From: a virus
IMG/VR virus record: IMGVR_UViG_3300046170_000494
Coordinates: 64,001-128,000 of that record
Direction: 5' to 3' (one strand)
Length of the DNA: 64,000 nucleotides
The position numbers and the translations under genes are program-made. Each line of letters begins with the position of its first letter. The first letter of the stretch is position 1. Positions 18,318-26,709 of this stretch are shown here, piece after piece. The notes beneath the pieces were generated by a model that ran no database searches, had not been told where the DNA came from, and saw only the letters and a program-made list of their open reading frames with translations.

Positions 18318-19389
18318 CTAAGAAATCATCTAGTTTTTCTTTTTTTTGCCAATGAGGACACCCATCGTAATTCATTTTTACTATTTTATCTCCATCTTCC
18401 GGCTCAAGCTCGTGTTTGCAATCAATGAATGCACTTTTCTTAATTTTACCTTCGGAATCTTTTAATACATAATATTCCATAGGTTTGCGGTATGGACAAA
18501 TAAAGGCTTTTATTGGTTCTCCATTTTTATCCAAAACGGGTTGACCTCTTGACATTTTATAACCATCTTTTCCGCAAGCTAAAGGCCCTCCAAAAGTTCC
18601 ATCTCTTGGAAAATCTTGCTTAGCTGCAAGGTTGCTAATTGCAGCGGACTCATCAAAATTATCTAAATATTCTTGAAATTGCGTTAATTGATACTCAAAA
18701 CCTTCGAGTTCTTCGGGCGTAATTTTGTCCATGCGTAAATAACCTTTTCCATAATTACCTAAAAGATCTTTATCTAGGTCAAATCTCAAAAATAAAAACT
18801 CACTCTGAGGGTCTGTTTCTGGCATAAGGTGTTTTACCGCTAAGCAATATATTAAGTTCTGTAAATTATCTGTTACCTCTTTACCTTTAAAAACTGACTT
18901 GCTACTTTTAAAATCTCGAATAATGACCGAATTGTCTTTATATACAAAAAGTTTATCTATATATCCACGAATTGCATACCTAATACCTTGCTCTTCTTTA
19001 TGTATCTCTAAATCAAAAAATTGTTCTGACTCTGCTTTTACAGGCTTTTCTTTGCTATCTCCAAAAAAATCACATCGTAAGCCATTAACTATCATTTCAT
19101 CTATCAATTCAAGATTCTCTGCATCGTTTACAGAAAGCTCTTCGGCTTCTTTTTTAACTTGTGTCGCTACAACTTCTGTATTCCAGATAGTTCCCTCTTT
19201 TACTATTTTATTAAATTCTCTTTTATGTTTATCGCCTAATAGTTCAAATACATTATGACAAATAGTTCCCCGACTTGACCCATCATTTCCGGAATCTGGA
19301 AGCTTGAGCTTGTAATTGCACCAATAAGTCCAACTGCAGGTTTGCGCAGTTTTTATTCTGCTTGCGGATAATTTAGTTAACTCACTCAT
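18310..19389 (-). CDS. PD-(D/E)XK exonuclease (Cas4/AddB-like)
   Basis: LSASRI...C, GTICH, RGYIDKL, DFKSS; distal Cys residues (CPY, CPHW). Confidence 0.82.
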   Translation of the reverse strand: MSELTKLSASRIKTAQTCSWTYWCNYKLKLPDSGNDGSSRGTICHNVFELLGDKHKREFNKIVKEGTIWNTEVVATQVKKEAEELSVNDAENLELIDEMIVNGLRCDFFGDSKEKPVKAESEQFFDLEIHKEEQGIRYAIRGYIDKLFVYKDNSVIIRDFKSSKSVFKGKEVTDNLQNLIYCLAVKHLMPETDPQSEFLFLRFDLDKDLLGNYGKGYLRMDKITPEELEGFEYQLTQFQEYLDNFDESAAISNLAAKQDFPRDGTFGGPLACGKDGYKMSRGQPVLDKNGEPIKAFICPYRKPMEYYVLKDSEGKIKKSAFIDCKHELEPEDGDKIVKMNYDGCPHWQKKEKLDDFLDV

Positions 19390-20419
19390 TGGCTATAATT
19401 TTTTTATTTTTTAATAAAGTTTTAGGCAATGATTTATGTATTTGATTTATCTTTTCTATAATGAAAGATCTTTGTTTTTCTGGTTTAGTAGATTGTAACT
19501 TTTCGCTCCATAATTTAAAGTCTGATTGAGACATTTCTCCGAAGTCTTTTTTATTTGGTAGACATATTGAAATTTGATTTGGGTCATAATAATTAAGCAG
19601 TTTTAAATAATTTTTAATACTTGCATTTAATCCGCGATTCTCTGATGAATGTTGATCGTTGTTTAAGGATATAATTATATTGGAAACATTAAGAGCTAAT
19701 GTAGAGCATATGAGTTTTGAAGATATATCTAGTCCGAAAGTGACTAAAACATTTTTATATCCATTTTCATTTAAATTAAGCATATCTCCAATACTCTCCA
19801 CAAAAATTACCGATTGAGAATCATTGATGCTTTGCCGAACTTCTTCGCTTGCGTATAATGGATATATCCAACCTTTCTTTTTGCCTATATGTTTCCATTT
19901 TGGGCGCCCTTCAAGGTTAGACATGTCTCTGCCAGAGAAACCATGTATTTGATTATGCTCATTGTAAATTGGGAAAACAAATCTTTTATTTAATTTACCG
20001 CTAGTTGCGAATCCGCCTTTTAATGATTTTAATACTTCTGTAGAAATACCTTTATCATTATAGAATTTATAATGTGGTAATAATTTTTTAAGACAATCCT
20101 CTGGGTATATTTCTTCCATTTCTAATTTCTCCGAAAAAGTTAATCTATTATAGTTTGCGCCAATATCTTCTTCATCAACATATTGCTTGATTTGTTTTGG
20201 GTCGTTTGTACCTAAAGTTATTTCGACTAGACGTTTGAATGGAGAGAAGGCGCTGTTTTGCACGTGGTCTTTCCATACTCCTGTGTTTTTGTATATTTGT
20301 ATTGCAGTTTTATTATCTCCATTCCTGAAGACTGCATTGGTTTGCCAATAAGCTCCTCTATCTGAAAGTTTATAACCTAAACTTAGCAAAGACTCCTTGA
20401 GTTTTTCTTGAGATATCAT
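19382..20419 (-). CDS. DNA primase (TOPRIM)
   Basis: RFVFPI...IHGFSGR, FVESIGDM, KDFGEM; located next to DnaB. Confidence 0.75.
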   Translation of the reverse strand: MISQEKLKESLLSLGYKLSDRGAYWQTNAVFRNGDNKTAIQIYKNTGVWKDHVQNSAFSPFKRLVEITLGTNDPKQIKQYVDEEDIGANYNRLTFSEKLEMEEIYPEDCLKKLLPHYKFYNDKGISTEVLKSLKGGFATSGKLNKRFVFPIYNEHNQIHGFSGRDMSNLEGRPKWKHIGKKKGWIYPLYASEEVRQSINDSQSVIFVESIGDMLNLNENGYKNVLVTFGLDISSKLICSTLALNVSNIIISLNNDQHSSENRGLNASIKNYLKLLNYYDPNQISICLPNKKDFGEMSQSDFKLWSEKLQSTKPEKQRSFIIEKINQIHKSLPKTLLKNKKIIANE

Positions 20420-21933
20420 TAGATGTTTGGAAGTTCCTCTAAGAACCCTTCTACCGCCTCAACTCCTTCGGAATCCATATGGTCGACTAAGTCTTGTAGA
20501 TCGCCCCGTTCTTCTAGGGCAAAATTTTCCATATGTAAGTTGATGTAGTTTTTTCTTTTGCTTCCGTCTGGCATTTCCACGGGCTGCAATGCTCTATGCA
20601 CATCTTTACCTAGCCACCTGTATTTCAAACAAATTAACTTATGAGTACCAAAACCTTCGGGTTCGGATTGAATTTCATCCATTGTTTTTTGCCTTAATAG
20701 AAACAGGTGAGAACAGAATTGTGTGATTTGGTCCGATAAAGAAACTATGCTTTCGTCATCAACCACGTTTTCGGCGCTGCGATTATTTGTAATACCAAGC
20801 CTGTTGCTTTGAACACTCGTTAACATCGCAACTGTCGGGGCATCATTAAAGCATAATTCTTTTTGAATTAACTGTTTGAACTTATCAACCATTCTACCAA
20901 CGGTCTCCCATGAACTTGCGCCATTTTGTCTTTCGTATGTAGTTTTAATATAATCAAAGCTGAAGATCATTTTATTCCCACGACCTATCTCTGAGTAATA
21001 GAATCTGCGAATAATATTTAACATACTATCGATACTATGACCTGCGACATTATAATAATAAAATTTTAAGTTTTTTATCTTATTCCAAGTTTGCCTGACT
21101 TTATTGACAACCTCTTCTCCTGCCTGCCTCCATCTCCCTGTCTCAAGTAAATGCATTGGAACTCCAGAAATTGCTGAGCATTGACGAATGATTAATTCCT
21201 CCTTACTCATTTCTCCATTATCGAAGTGAAGAACTGGTGTATTGTTGTTTATAGCTGAAACCTTCGTGCAGAAATCCATACAGAATTGAGTTTTACCTAC
21301 TCCAGCTCTAGCGACAACAACAGTTATGTTTCCTGGCCTGAGTAATGAGCCATATAATTCATTGACTCTTTGATGTGGCCCCATTAGCCCAAATTCATCA
21401 ATAGGATTATTACCTCTGTCTTCAATAAAGTCTTCCATTTCTTCAAAAAGATTCTCGGGTTTAATTGAACCGATTTCATAAAGGTTAACTTTGTCATTAT
21501 ATATTTTATCAGCTTCACTAACTATATCGTCAAATGATGCACTGCTCGATAGTGATTTCATATTTTTAGCCACCTCTAAAGAAGAGTCGTGTATTTCTCT
21601 CCTAACTGTAATTTTCTTTAATTCTTGAGCGGCTTTAATTACCCCATCTTTCGATATTTGGCGCATAGATAATGCTTTTATGTAATCCGAAACATTGATA
21701 TTATCCTCGAAAGATATATTTAACGATTTAACTCTTTGCGTTAAGATGACTTCGTCTAAGGCTTCTCCTTTCTCTAAGCTTTGCCTCAGGATACAGAATA
21801 TTGTCTTATTTACTATAGTATTTTTATTAAAAAAATCTTTATCATCTATAAAAGATGCTATTAAAGGATAGCTTTCTGGAAACTTAATTAGTCCCGCTAT
21901 TAAATGTTGCTCTAGTTCATATGAATATACCAT
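20419..21933 (-). CDS. dnaB: Replicative DNA helicase (DnaB/SF4)
   Basis: Walker A ARAGVGKT, FDNGEM, FSFDYI, SVQSNR, SDQITQ. Confidence 0.88.
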   Translation of the reverse strand: MVYSYELEQHLIAGLIKFPESYPLIASFIDDKDFFNKNTIVNKTIFCILRQSLEKGEALDEVILTQRVKSLNISFEDNINVSDYIKALSMRQISKDGVIKAAQELKKITVRREIHDSSLEVAKNMKSLSSSASFDDIVSEADKIYNDKVNLYEIGSIKPENLFEEMEDFIEDRGNNPIDEFGLMGPHQRVNELYGSLLRPGNITVVVARAGVGKTQFCMDFCTKVSAINNNTPVLHFDNGEMSKEELIIRQCSAISGVPMHLLETGRWRQAGEEVVNKVRQTWNKIKNLKFYYYNVAGHSIDSMLNIIRRFYYSEIGRGNKMIFSFDYIKTTYERQNGASSWETVGRMVDKFKQLIQKELCFNDAPTVAMLTSVQSNRLGITNNRSAENVVDDESIVSLSDQITQFCSHLFLLRQKTMDEIQSEPEGFGTHKLICLKYRWLGKDVHRALQPVEMPDGSKRKNYINLHMENFALEERGDLQDLVDHMDSEGVEAVEGFLEELPNI

Positions 21934-21939
21934 GTTTGT

Positions 21940-21968
21940 ATGGTATCATATGTATAGAATATAGTCAA
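21940..21968 (-). promoter_or_regulatory. sigma70-type promoter for the helicase/primase operon
   Basis: TTGACT-N17-TACCAT with TGn extension, 6 nt before ATG 21933. Confidence 0.75.
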
Positions 21969-22246
21969 GTAATTTCTTCGTCGCCAAAATCATTTAGAGA
22001 ATCTAAATGCATTTCTTGGGTGGCGACTTGTTCTAGGTATTGTTCTAGGGCTTGCCTTAATCCCATTTCTATTATTGGAGAATTAGCTTTTGTTATAATT
22101 GATGGAAGTCCGTCTTGATTCACGAATGCTAATATAAATCCACTATCTCCTCCTGTGGAACCCGTAAATTCAAATAGTTGGCTAATAATATTTTCAGGCA
22201 AATTGAATCTTTCCAGATTTTCTGGGTCGATGTTATCTTCGTTCAT
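21965..22246 (-). CDS. Hypothetical acidic protein
   Basis: 93-aa ORF tiling the operon, preceded by GTGTA-N9. Confidence 0.65.
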   Translation of the reverse strand: MNEDNIDPENLERFNLPENIISQLFEFTGSTGGDSGFILAFVNQDGLPSIITKANSPIIEMGLRQALEQYLEQVATQEMHLDSLNDFGDEEIT

Positions 22247-22255
22247 AAATTATAT

Positions 22256-22260
22256 TACAC
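22256..22260 (-). promoter_or_regulatory. GTGTA promoter motif
   Basis: GTGTA-N9-ATG (22246). Confidence 0.6.
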
Positions 22261-22263
22261 ACA

Positions 22264-22674
22264 TTAAAGATTAACTCCAAAGTTTTCGAATAGTTTTTCA
22301 TTTAATTTATCTTCTTCGTATATTTCAATTAACTGAATGTCGTTTAATTCGCAAAATTTAAGTTTATCTTGATCTCTTTTTAATTGATTGATGTAATTAA
22401 TCTTATTCTTTCCATGAAAGAAGGGAACATATTTTGTATGCTGTTTTCCTTGCACCTCAACTGCGACCCTTTTATTTGCATTATAAAAATCTAAGGAGAG
22501 TTTTGTGCCTGCAACCGGAAATTCTTCAAATACAATATGATTGCTCCAATATTCTTTTAGAAACTGCTTGGTCTTGTATTGTATTTTACTTCGACTTGGT
22601 CCATCCCAGTTAATTAAATAATTCTTAGCTTTTTTAACAGTTCTGGTTGCTCCAAATAAAGTCTTAAAGCGCAT
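22264..22674 (-). CDS. PD-(D/E)XK endonuclease (DUF559/Vsr-like)
   Basis: LSLDFY...AVEVQGKQH...RDQDKLKFC. Confidence 0.72.
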   Translation of the reverse strand: MRFKTLFGATRTVKKAKNYLINWDGPSRSKIQYKTKQFLKEYWSNHIVFEEFPVAGTKLSLDFYNANKRVAVEVQGKQHTKYVPFFHGKNKINYINQLKRDQDKLKFCELNDIQLIEIYEEDKLNEKLFENFGVNL

Positions 22675-23770
22675 TAGTCAAATTTTTGAAATCTTGATAC
22701 AGGAAATCCGAAAGCTTTTCGTTTTCTTCTAGATAATCAATTAATCTCTGTTCTCCTTGGAATTTTTCATTTATTTCTAGCTTTTTATCAGAAAGCTCTT
22801 TAATTAAATCTTCCGAAACAGATATCCATGCACCTTTCTTTTCTATTAAATTAAAAAGGTATAACATGTCAAGAATTTCTCTAGCTCTCCATACTGACTT
22901 TCCGTCTTTTTGCCCGTATTTAATTGGATACCTTACTGAAGATCCAGTTTTTTCATTTACACTTTTCCTGAATTTAATCTTACAGTAATGCCCTATAGGC
23001 TCACCTTTATCATCTAATTTTGTTGCGGTTGGGTTTTTGAAAATTAAATCAGAAGTATAGCGCTCTTCAAATTCAAGAATAAAGTTAGCATAATGCTTGA
23101 TTGCATTACCTCCTGCTTGCTTAACTTTTGGACCTCCTCTAGATGCGTAGGGATTGGTTGCGACTTCAACTCTAACTTGGCTAGTTAAAATCATTGTATG
23201 GCCCATTTTTGTTATAGGTAAAACCATTTTCTTTAAAAATACAGAAGTTATTAATGCTCCTCCTGCAACTTGTTCCGATTCTGCGAAAGGCTTGTCAATA
23301 TCATTTACTCTGCATAATGCATCGACACTATCGATTATGAACATATACTTTTTATTGTGTTCATTGTGAAAAACTAATTCTCTTATTAATTCAAAGACTT
23401 TTTCAAACACGTTGCAATCAAAAACGAAAAATTTTTCAGGGTTAGTGTCTATACCTGATCTTTCAATCATTTCGGGACTAAATCTACCCTCGCTTTTGAT
23501 ATAAATTATCATACCTTCTTTTTTAAACATTTTTTGGAAGTTTTTAGCGAAAGCCATGGCGCAGCTAGTTTTACCTCCTTCGTTGATTCCTGTAAATCTA
23601 TGAGCTCCGCCAGGCAGGCCTCCACCTAGGGCTATGTCGAGATTTAAGCTTCCACTTGGAATTTTGTACTCTTCGCTTTCGTGAAAATTGTAATGATATT
23701 TTTGATTATCTTTATCTGATAAAAATTTAGATATTTGGTCTGTAGTTTTAATTTCTTTAGTTTTACTCAT
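22664..23770 (-). CDS. RecA/UvsX-like recombinase
   Basis: SGSLNLDIALGGG, Walker A GINEGGKT, IIDSVDAL, SQVR, GGNAIKHYA. Confidence 0.9.
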   Translation of the reverse strand: MSKTKEIKTTDQISKFLSDKDNQKYHYNFHESEEYKIPSGSLNLDIALGGGLPGGAHRFTGINEGGKTSCAMAFAKNFQKMFKKEGMIIYIKSEGRFSPEMIERSGIDTNPEKFFVFDCNVFEKVFELIRELVFHNEHNKKYMFIIDSVDALCRVNDIDKPFAESEQVAGGALITSVFLKKMVLPITKMGHTMILTSQVRVEVATNPYASRGGPKVKQAGGNAIKHYANFILEFEERYTSDLIFKNPTATKLDDKGEPIGHYCKIKFRKSVNEKTGSSVRYPIKYGQKDGKSVWRAREILDMLYLFNLIEKKGAWISVSEDLIKELSDKKLEINEKFQGEQRLIDYLEENEKLSDFLYQDFKNLTNAL

Positions 23771-24095
23771 CTATAAATTGTCTTATTGTTTTGGGTTTTT
23801 TAAATATTAATTTATCTTCTCCAAATTTCTCTCCAAGTTTTATTTTTTTACTTTCTGGAATTTTATAGTTAAATTCTCTATATTTTTTTCTTAGAATTTT
23901 TAATCCATTTGGGCTTCTGAATAAAGCGAGGGATTTGGATTTAGGTAATGATACTTTTTGCCAAAAATCGATATTCGGGAACATGTCAAGTAAATCATTT
24001 AAGATTTTCATTTCTCTAGCCCAAAAAAGCCTCTTTTGCGAAGAGGGTTCTTCTGCGAATTTTTTTATTAAATCTTTCTTATGAGTTTGCTTCAC
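23763..24095 (-). CDS. Hypothetical basic protein
   Basis: GTG start 6 nt after a sigma70 -10 box; overlaps the start of the recA-like gene. Confidence 0.65.
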   Translation of the reverse strand: MKQTHKKDLIKKFAEEPSSQKRLFWAREMKILNDLLDMFPNIDFWQKVSLPKSKSLALFRSPNGLKILRKKYREFNYKIPESKKIKLGEKFGEDKLIFKKPKTIRQFIDE

Positions 24096-24101
24096 TCACT
24101 A

Positions 24102-24130
24102 AGTTTAACTTGTGAATTAAATATTGTCAA
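24102..24130 (-). promoter_or_regulatory. sigma70-type promoter
   Basis: TTGACA-N17-TAAACT, 6 nt before GTG 24095. Confidence 0.7.
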
Positions 24131-26198
24131 GCAAAAAACAATAAGAGGGCTTCTCTTTTCTGTAAGATCTGTTATCTAATCTATCGTTTAAATATTTTTT
24201 TACGGTTGTATCAAAAACTTTTTGCATCAAAGGGGTTTCTTGTTGCGGGCAAAGATCATCGATTTCTGCGGAAATTGCTTGACAATTTAATATATCCGCC
24301 TTACTAAAGTCAGCTTCCTTAGAGAATTTATGGCATCCTTTAATTGATGACGGAACGATTACGTAAAAACCTGAATCATCAGAACCTTTAATTATCACGT
24401 CTTTTTCTCGAGCATTATTTAGATCATTTAATGCTTTTTCTTTTTCTTTTATTAGTTGATCAATGAATTCTTTTAATTCGTTTATCTGTTTTAATTTGTT
24501 ATTTAGGTCAATATTTTTAGATTCAAATTCATTTGATTTTAAATTTAGATATTTAATTTTTTTATTTTGAGAATTTACTGTTTCGTTTAATTCTTTTATT
24601 AAGATCTCATTTTCTGTATTGATATTACTTTTTTCTTTTTGTAGGTCATTTAATTGCTTCTTTAGATTTACAAGTTCTAAGGAACATTTATTGGCCTCTT
24701 CTTTAGTTTGAGATATTAAAAACTCATTACTTTTTCTTTTAATTTGTATCTGTTTTATTTCCTCAATATCATTTTCGAGGTTATTGGCTTTATCTAGGAC
24801 TCGTTTTTTGGATATTTTAATTTGCTCTAGCTCTCTAAATTTTTCATCTCTTTCAGCTTTTAATGTTTTTATTTCTTCTTTAATTGGAGAGTTTCTCTCA
24901 GCTTCAAGAGCTTGTTTTTCAGCTTCGATCTTAGCTTCTCTTGCGGATTGTTGATATTTCTGTATTTCTTCTTTATAGAGATTTACCTGAGACTCTTTTA
25001 GTTCTATAATTTTTTCTTCTTGTTCAATATCTTTTTGCCTTTCTTTTATTTCTAATTCTTTAGCTTCCAACTCTTTACTTATAATTTTAAACTCAGCGTT
25101 CTTGGTTATTACTTCCGATTCATCAATTTGTAATCCAGGAAATCTTTTCATTAAACTAATGTGAGCGGCTAGTACAAGTAGAACAGCTAAGGGATCGAAT
25201 ACAAAAATCAATATTATTATCACTATTCTTACCGCTTTTCCCATATCAAAGTCAACCCCTGTGAAGTCAGAAATTAATTCTGCAACATATTTTATCGGCC
25301 CAACTTCAGCTTCTAATTGTCTCGATCCATCGTCATAATTAAATTTTTCTTTTTCTAATTCATCAATTTTATTTAAAGATTCAGTTATCTTGTTGTTATA
25401 TTCTTCTATTTTATTTTTGACTTCATCAGGTTTATCAAATCCAATGGATTGATATTCTTGTATTCTTTTTCTGATATCTGAAATCAAAGAGGATGTCTCG
25501 TTTCTGTATTTAGATATACGTTCTTCTATCTCACTTTTCTTTTTGCTTAATTCAAGCCTCTCGTCTGCTTGTTCTGCAGTGATCTGCTCTAGATCCTTCT
25601 TTTTGTTAGAAAAGAGCCCTCCAGATTTACTTTTAACTAAATTCAATTCTTCATTTAATTTATCAATTCTGGATTGAATAGGGATTAACATTTTGTTGTC
25701 TAATTCAATATCTTTTTCTAATTGACTTGAGAGTTGTTCTATCTTTTTTTGTTCTAAATTGATATTCTCTTGGCTTTTGTCGTTTAAATTTTGATTGCTA
25801 TTTTCTGCCTGAGATATTAGATCTTTTTGCCTTAAAATAAAATCTTTTTCTCTTTGTATTTTATTTTCTACTTGAGTAGCTAGTGCAATATTTTTTTCAG
25901 CATTAGCTTCGTGTTCTATATGAGACTTCGATAGAAATCCAAAAATGCCCATACTAGTAATCCCCATGAGAACTAATATTGCCGAAAATAAATATATTTT
26001 TATAGTTTTTGGGGCGGAGGCCCAGTTATTATGAAGCCATATTGCTGCAATAATTTTTCCAACTTCTAATGCTGCGCCCATAGCTATAACAGCTTCTATT
26101 GAACCTGGGAAAATTGTAGCTAAACCTATTATACTGAAATAAGCAGCTATACAAGAAATGCTTAATGCGGATAGTAATGTTAATATTGCAAAAATCAT
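24117..26198 (-). CDS. Membrane-anchored long coiled-coil protein
   Basis: Three N-terminal hydrophobic helices, a central TM segment (IVIIILIFVFDPLAVLL), and K/E-rich heptads. Confidence 0.75.
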   Translation of the reverse strand: MIFAILTLLSALSISCIAAYFSIIGLATIFPGSIEAVIAMGAALEVGKIIAAIWLHNNWASAPKTIKIYLFSAILVLMGITSMGIFGFLSKSHIEHEANAEKNIALATQVENKIQREKDFILRQKDLISQAENSNQNLNDKSQENINLEQKKIEQLSSQLEKDIELDNKMLIPIQSRIDKLNEELNLVKSKSGGLFSNKKKDLEQITAEQADERLELSKKKSEIEERISKYRNETSSLISDIRKRIQEYQSIGFDKPDEVKNKIEEYNNKITESLNKIDELEKEKFNYDDGSRQLEAEVGPIKYVAELISDFTGVDFDMGKAVRIVIIILIFVFDPLAVLLVLAAHISLMKRFPGLQIDESEVITKNAEFKIISKELEAKELEIKERQKDIEQEEKIIELKESQVNLYKEEIQKYQQSAREAKIEAEKQALEAERNSPIKEEIKTLKAERDEKFRELEQIKISKKRVLDKANNLENDIEEIKQIQIKRKSNEFLISQTKEEANKCSLELVNLKKQLNDLQKEKSNINTENEILIKELNETVNSQNKKIKYLNLKSNEFESKNIDLNNKLKQINELKEFIDQLIKEKEKALNDLNNAREKDVIIKGSDDSGFYVIVPSSIKGCHKFSKEADFSKADILNCQAISAEIDDLCPQQETPLMQKVFDTTVKKYLNDRLDNRSYRKEKPSYCFLLDNI

Positions 26199-26434
26199 TG
26201 TATTCTATAATTTGAATTAGGTGGTTGTTTTTTATTGAGGGGATCTACTTGCGAAATGTCTGTGCGGTTTGAATTCGCATAATACCCGCGGTTATCGTTA
26301 GGGTAATACTCTCTTTCTCCTTTTTTAGCTGTTTCTTCAACTTCTTGTTGAGAAGAATAATCGTATGGCCCTGGGGTTAAATCTCTATTATCGTTGCTGT
26401 ATCTAAAATTTGGATTTTCTGTATGTTCACTCAT
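26195..26434 (-). CDS. Hypothetical hydrophilic protein
   Basis: Start revised to ATG 26434 (GTGTA-N9, motif at 26444-26448); ATGA overlap with the next gene. Confidence 0.6.
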   Translation of the reverse strand: MSEHTENPNFRYSNDNRDLTPGPYDYSSQQEVEETAKKGEREYYPNDNRGYYANSNRTDISQVDPLNKKQPPNSNYRIQ

Positions 26435-26614
26435 ATATATCATTACACTCCATATCTGAAAGTTTTACGGTTATCGTCTGCCCATTGTCAAGTTCAATAG
26501 TCGCAAACTTAGCTCCATCTTCAGGACCTCCTAGTTCTTCGTATTCATTTATAACTTTGCCAACCATTTCTTTTCGTTGACTTTAACTATGCATATTTTA
26601 GGTTTTTCTTTCAT
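26427..26614 (-). pseudogene. Small beta-rich protein interrupted by a 1-nt frameshift
   Basis: ATG 26614 (GTGTA-N9) gives MKEKPKICIVKVNEK..stop. One extra A in the run at 26571-26574 would join it to EMVGKVINEYEELGG...FATIELDNGQTITVKLSDMECNDIYE. Not in ORF track. Confidence 0.5.
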
Positions 26615-26623
26615 ATTTTTATA

Positions 26624-26700
26624 TACACATTTATATTTTAAGTGCAAAAGTTAAAAGTTAACTTTGGACTTTTATTAGACTTTACTTTAACTTATGTGTA
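26624..26700. promoter_or_regulatory. Divergent GTGTA promoters flanking an AAAGT/ACTTT repeat array
   Basis: TACAC at 26624-26628, GTGTA at 26696-26700, perfect palindrome AAAGTTAACTTT at 26654-26665. Confidence 0.6.
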
Positions 26701-26709
26701 TCATAAAGG

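Noticed and set aside
18310-19389. Cas4 as evidence of a CRISPR-Cas system
   Set aside because: Sits in the helicase/primase operon with no cas1/cas2 or array; typical phage exonuclease context.
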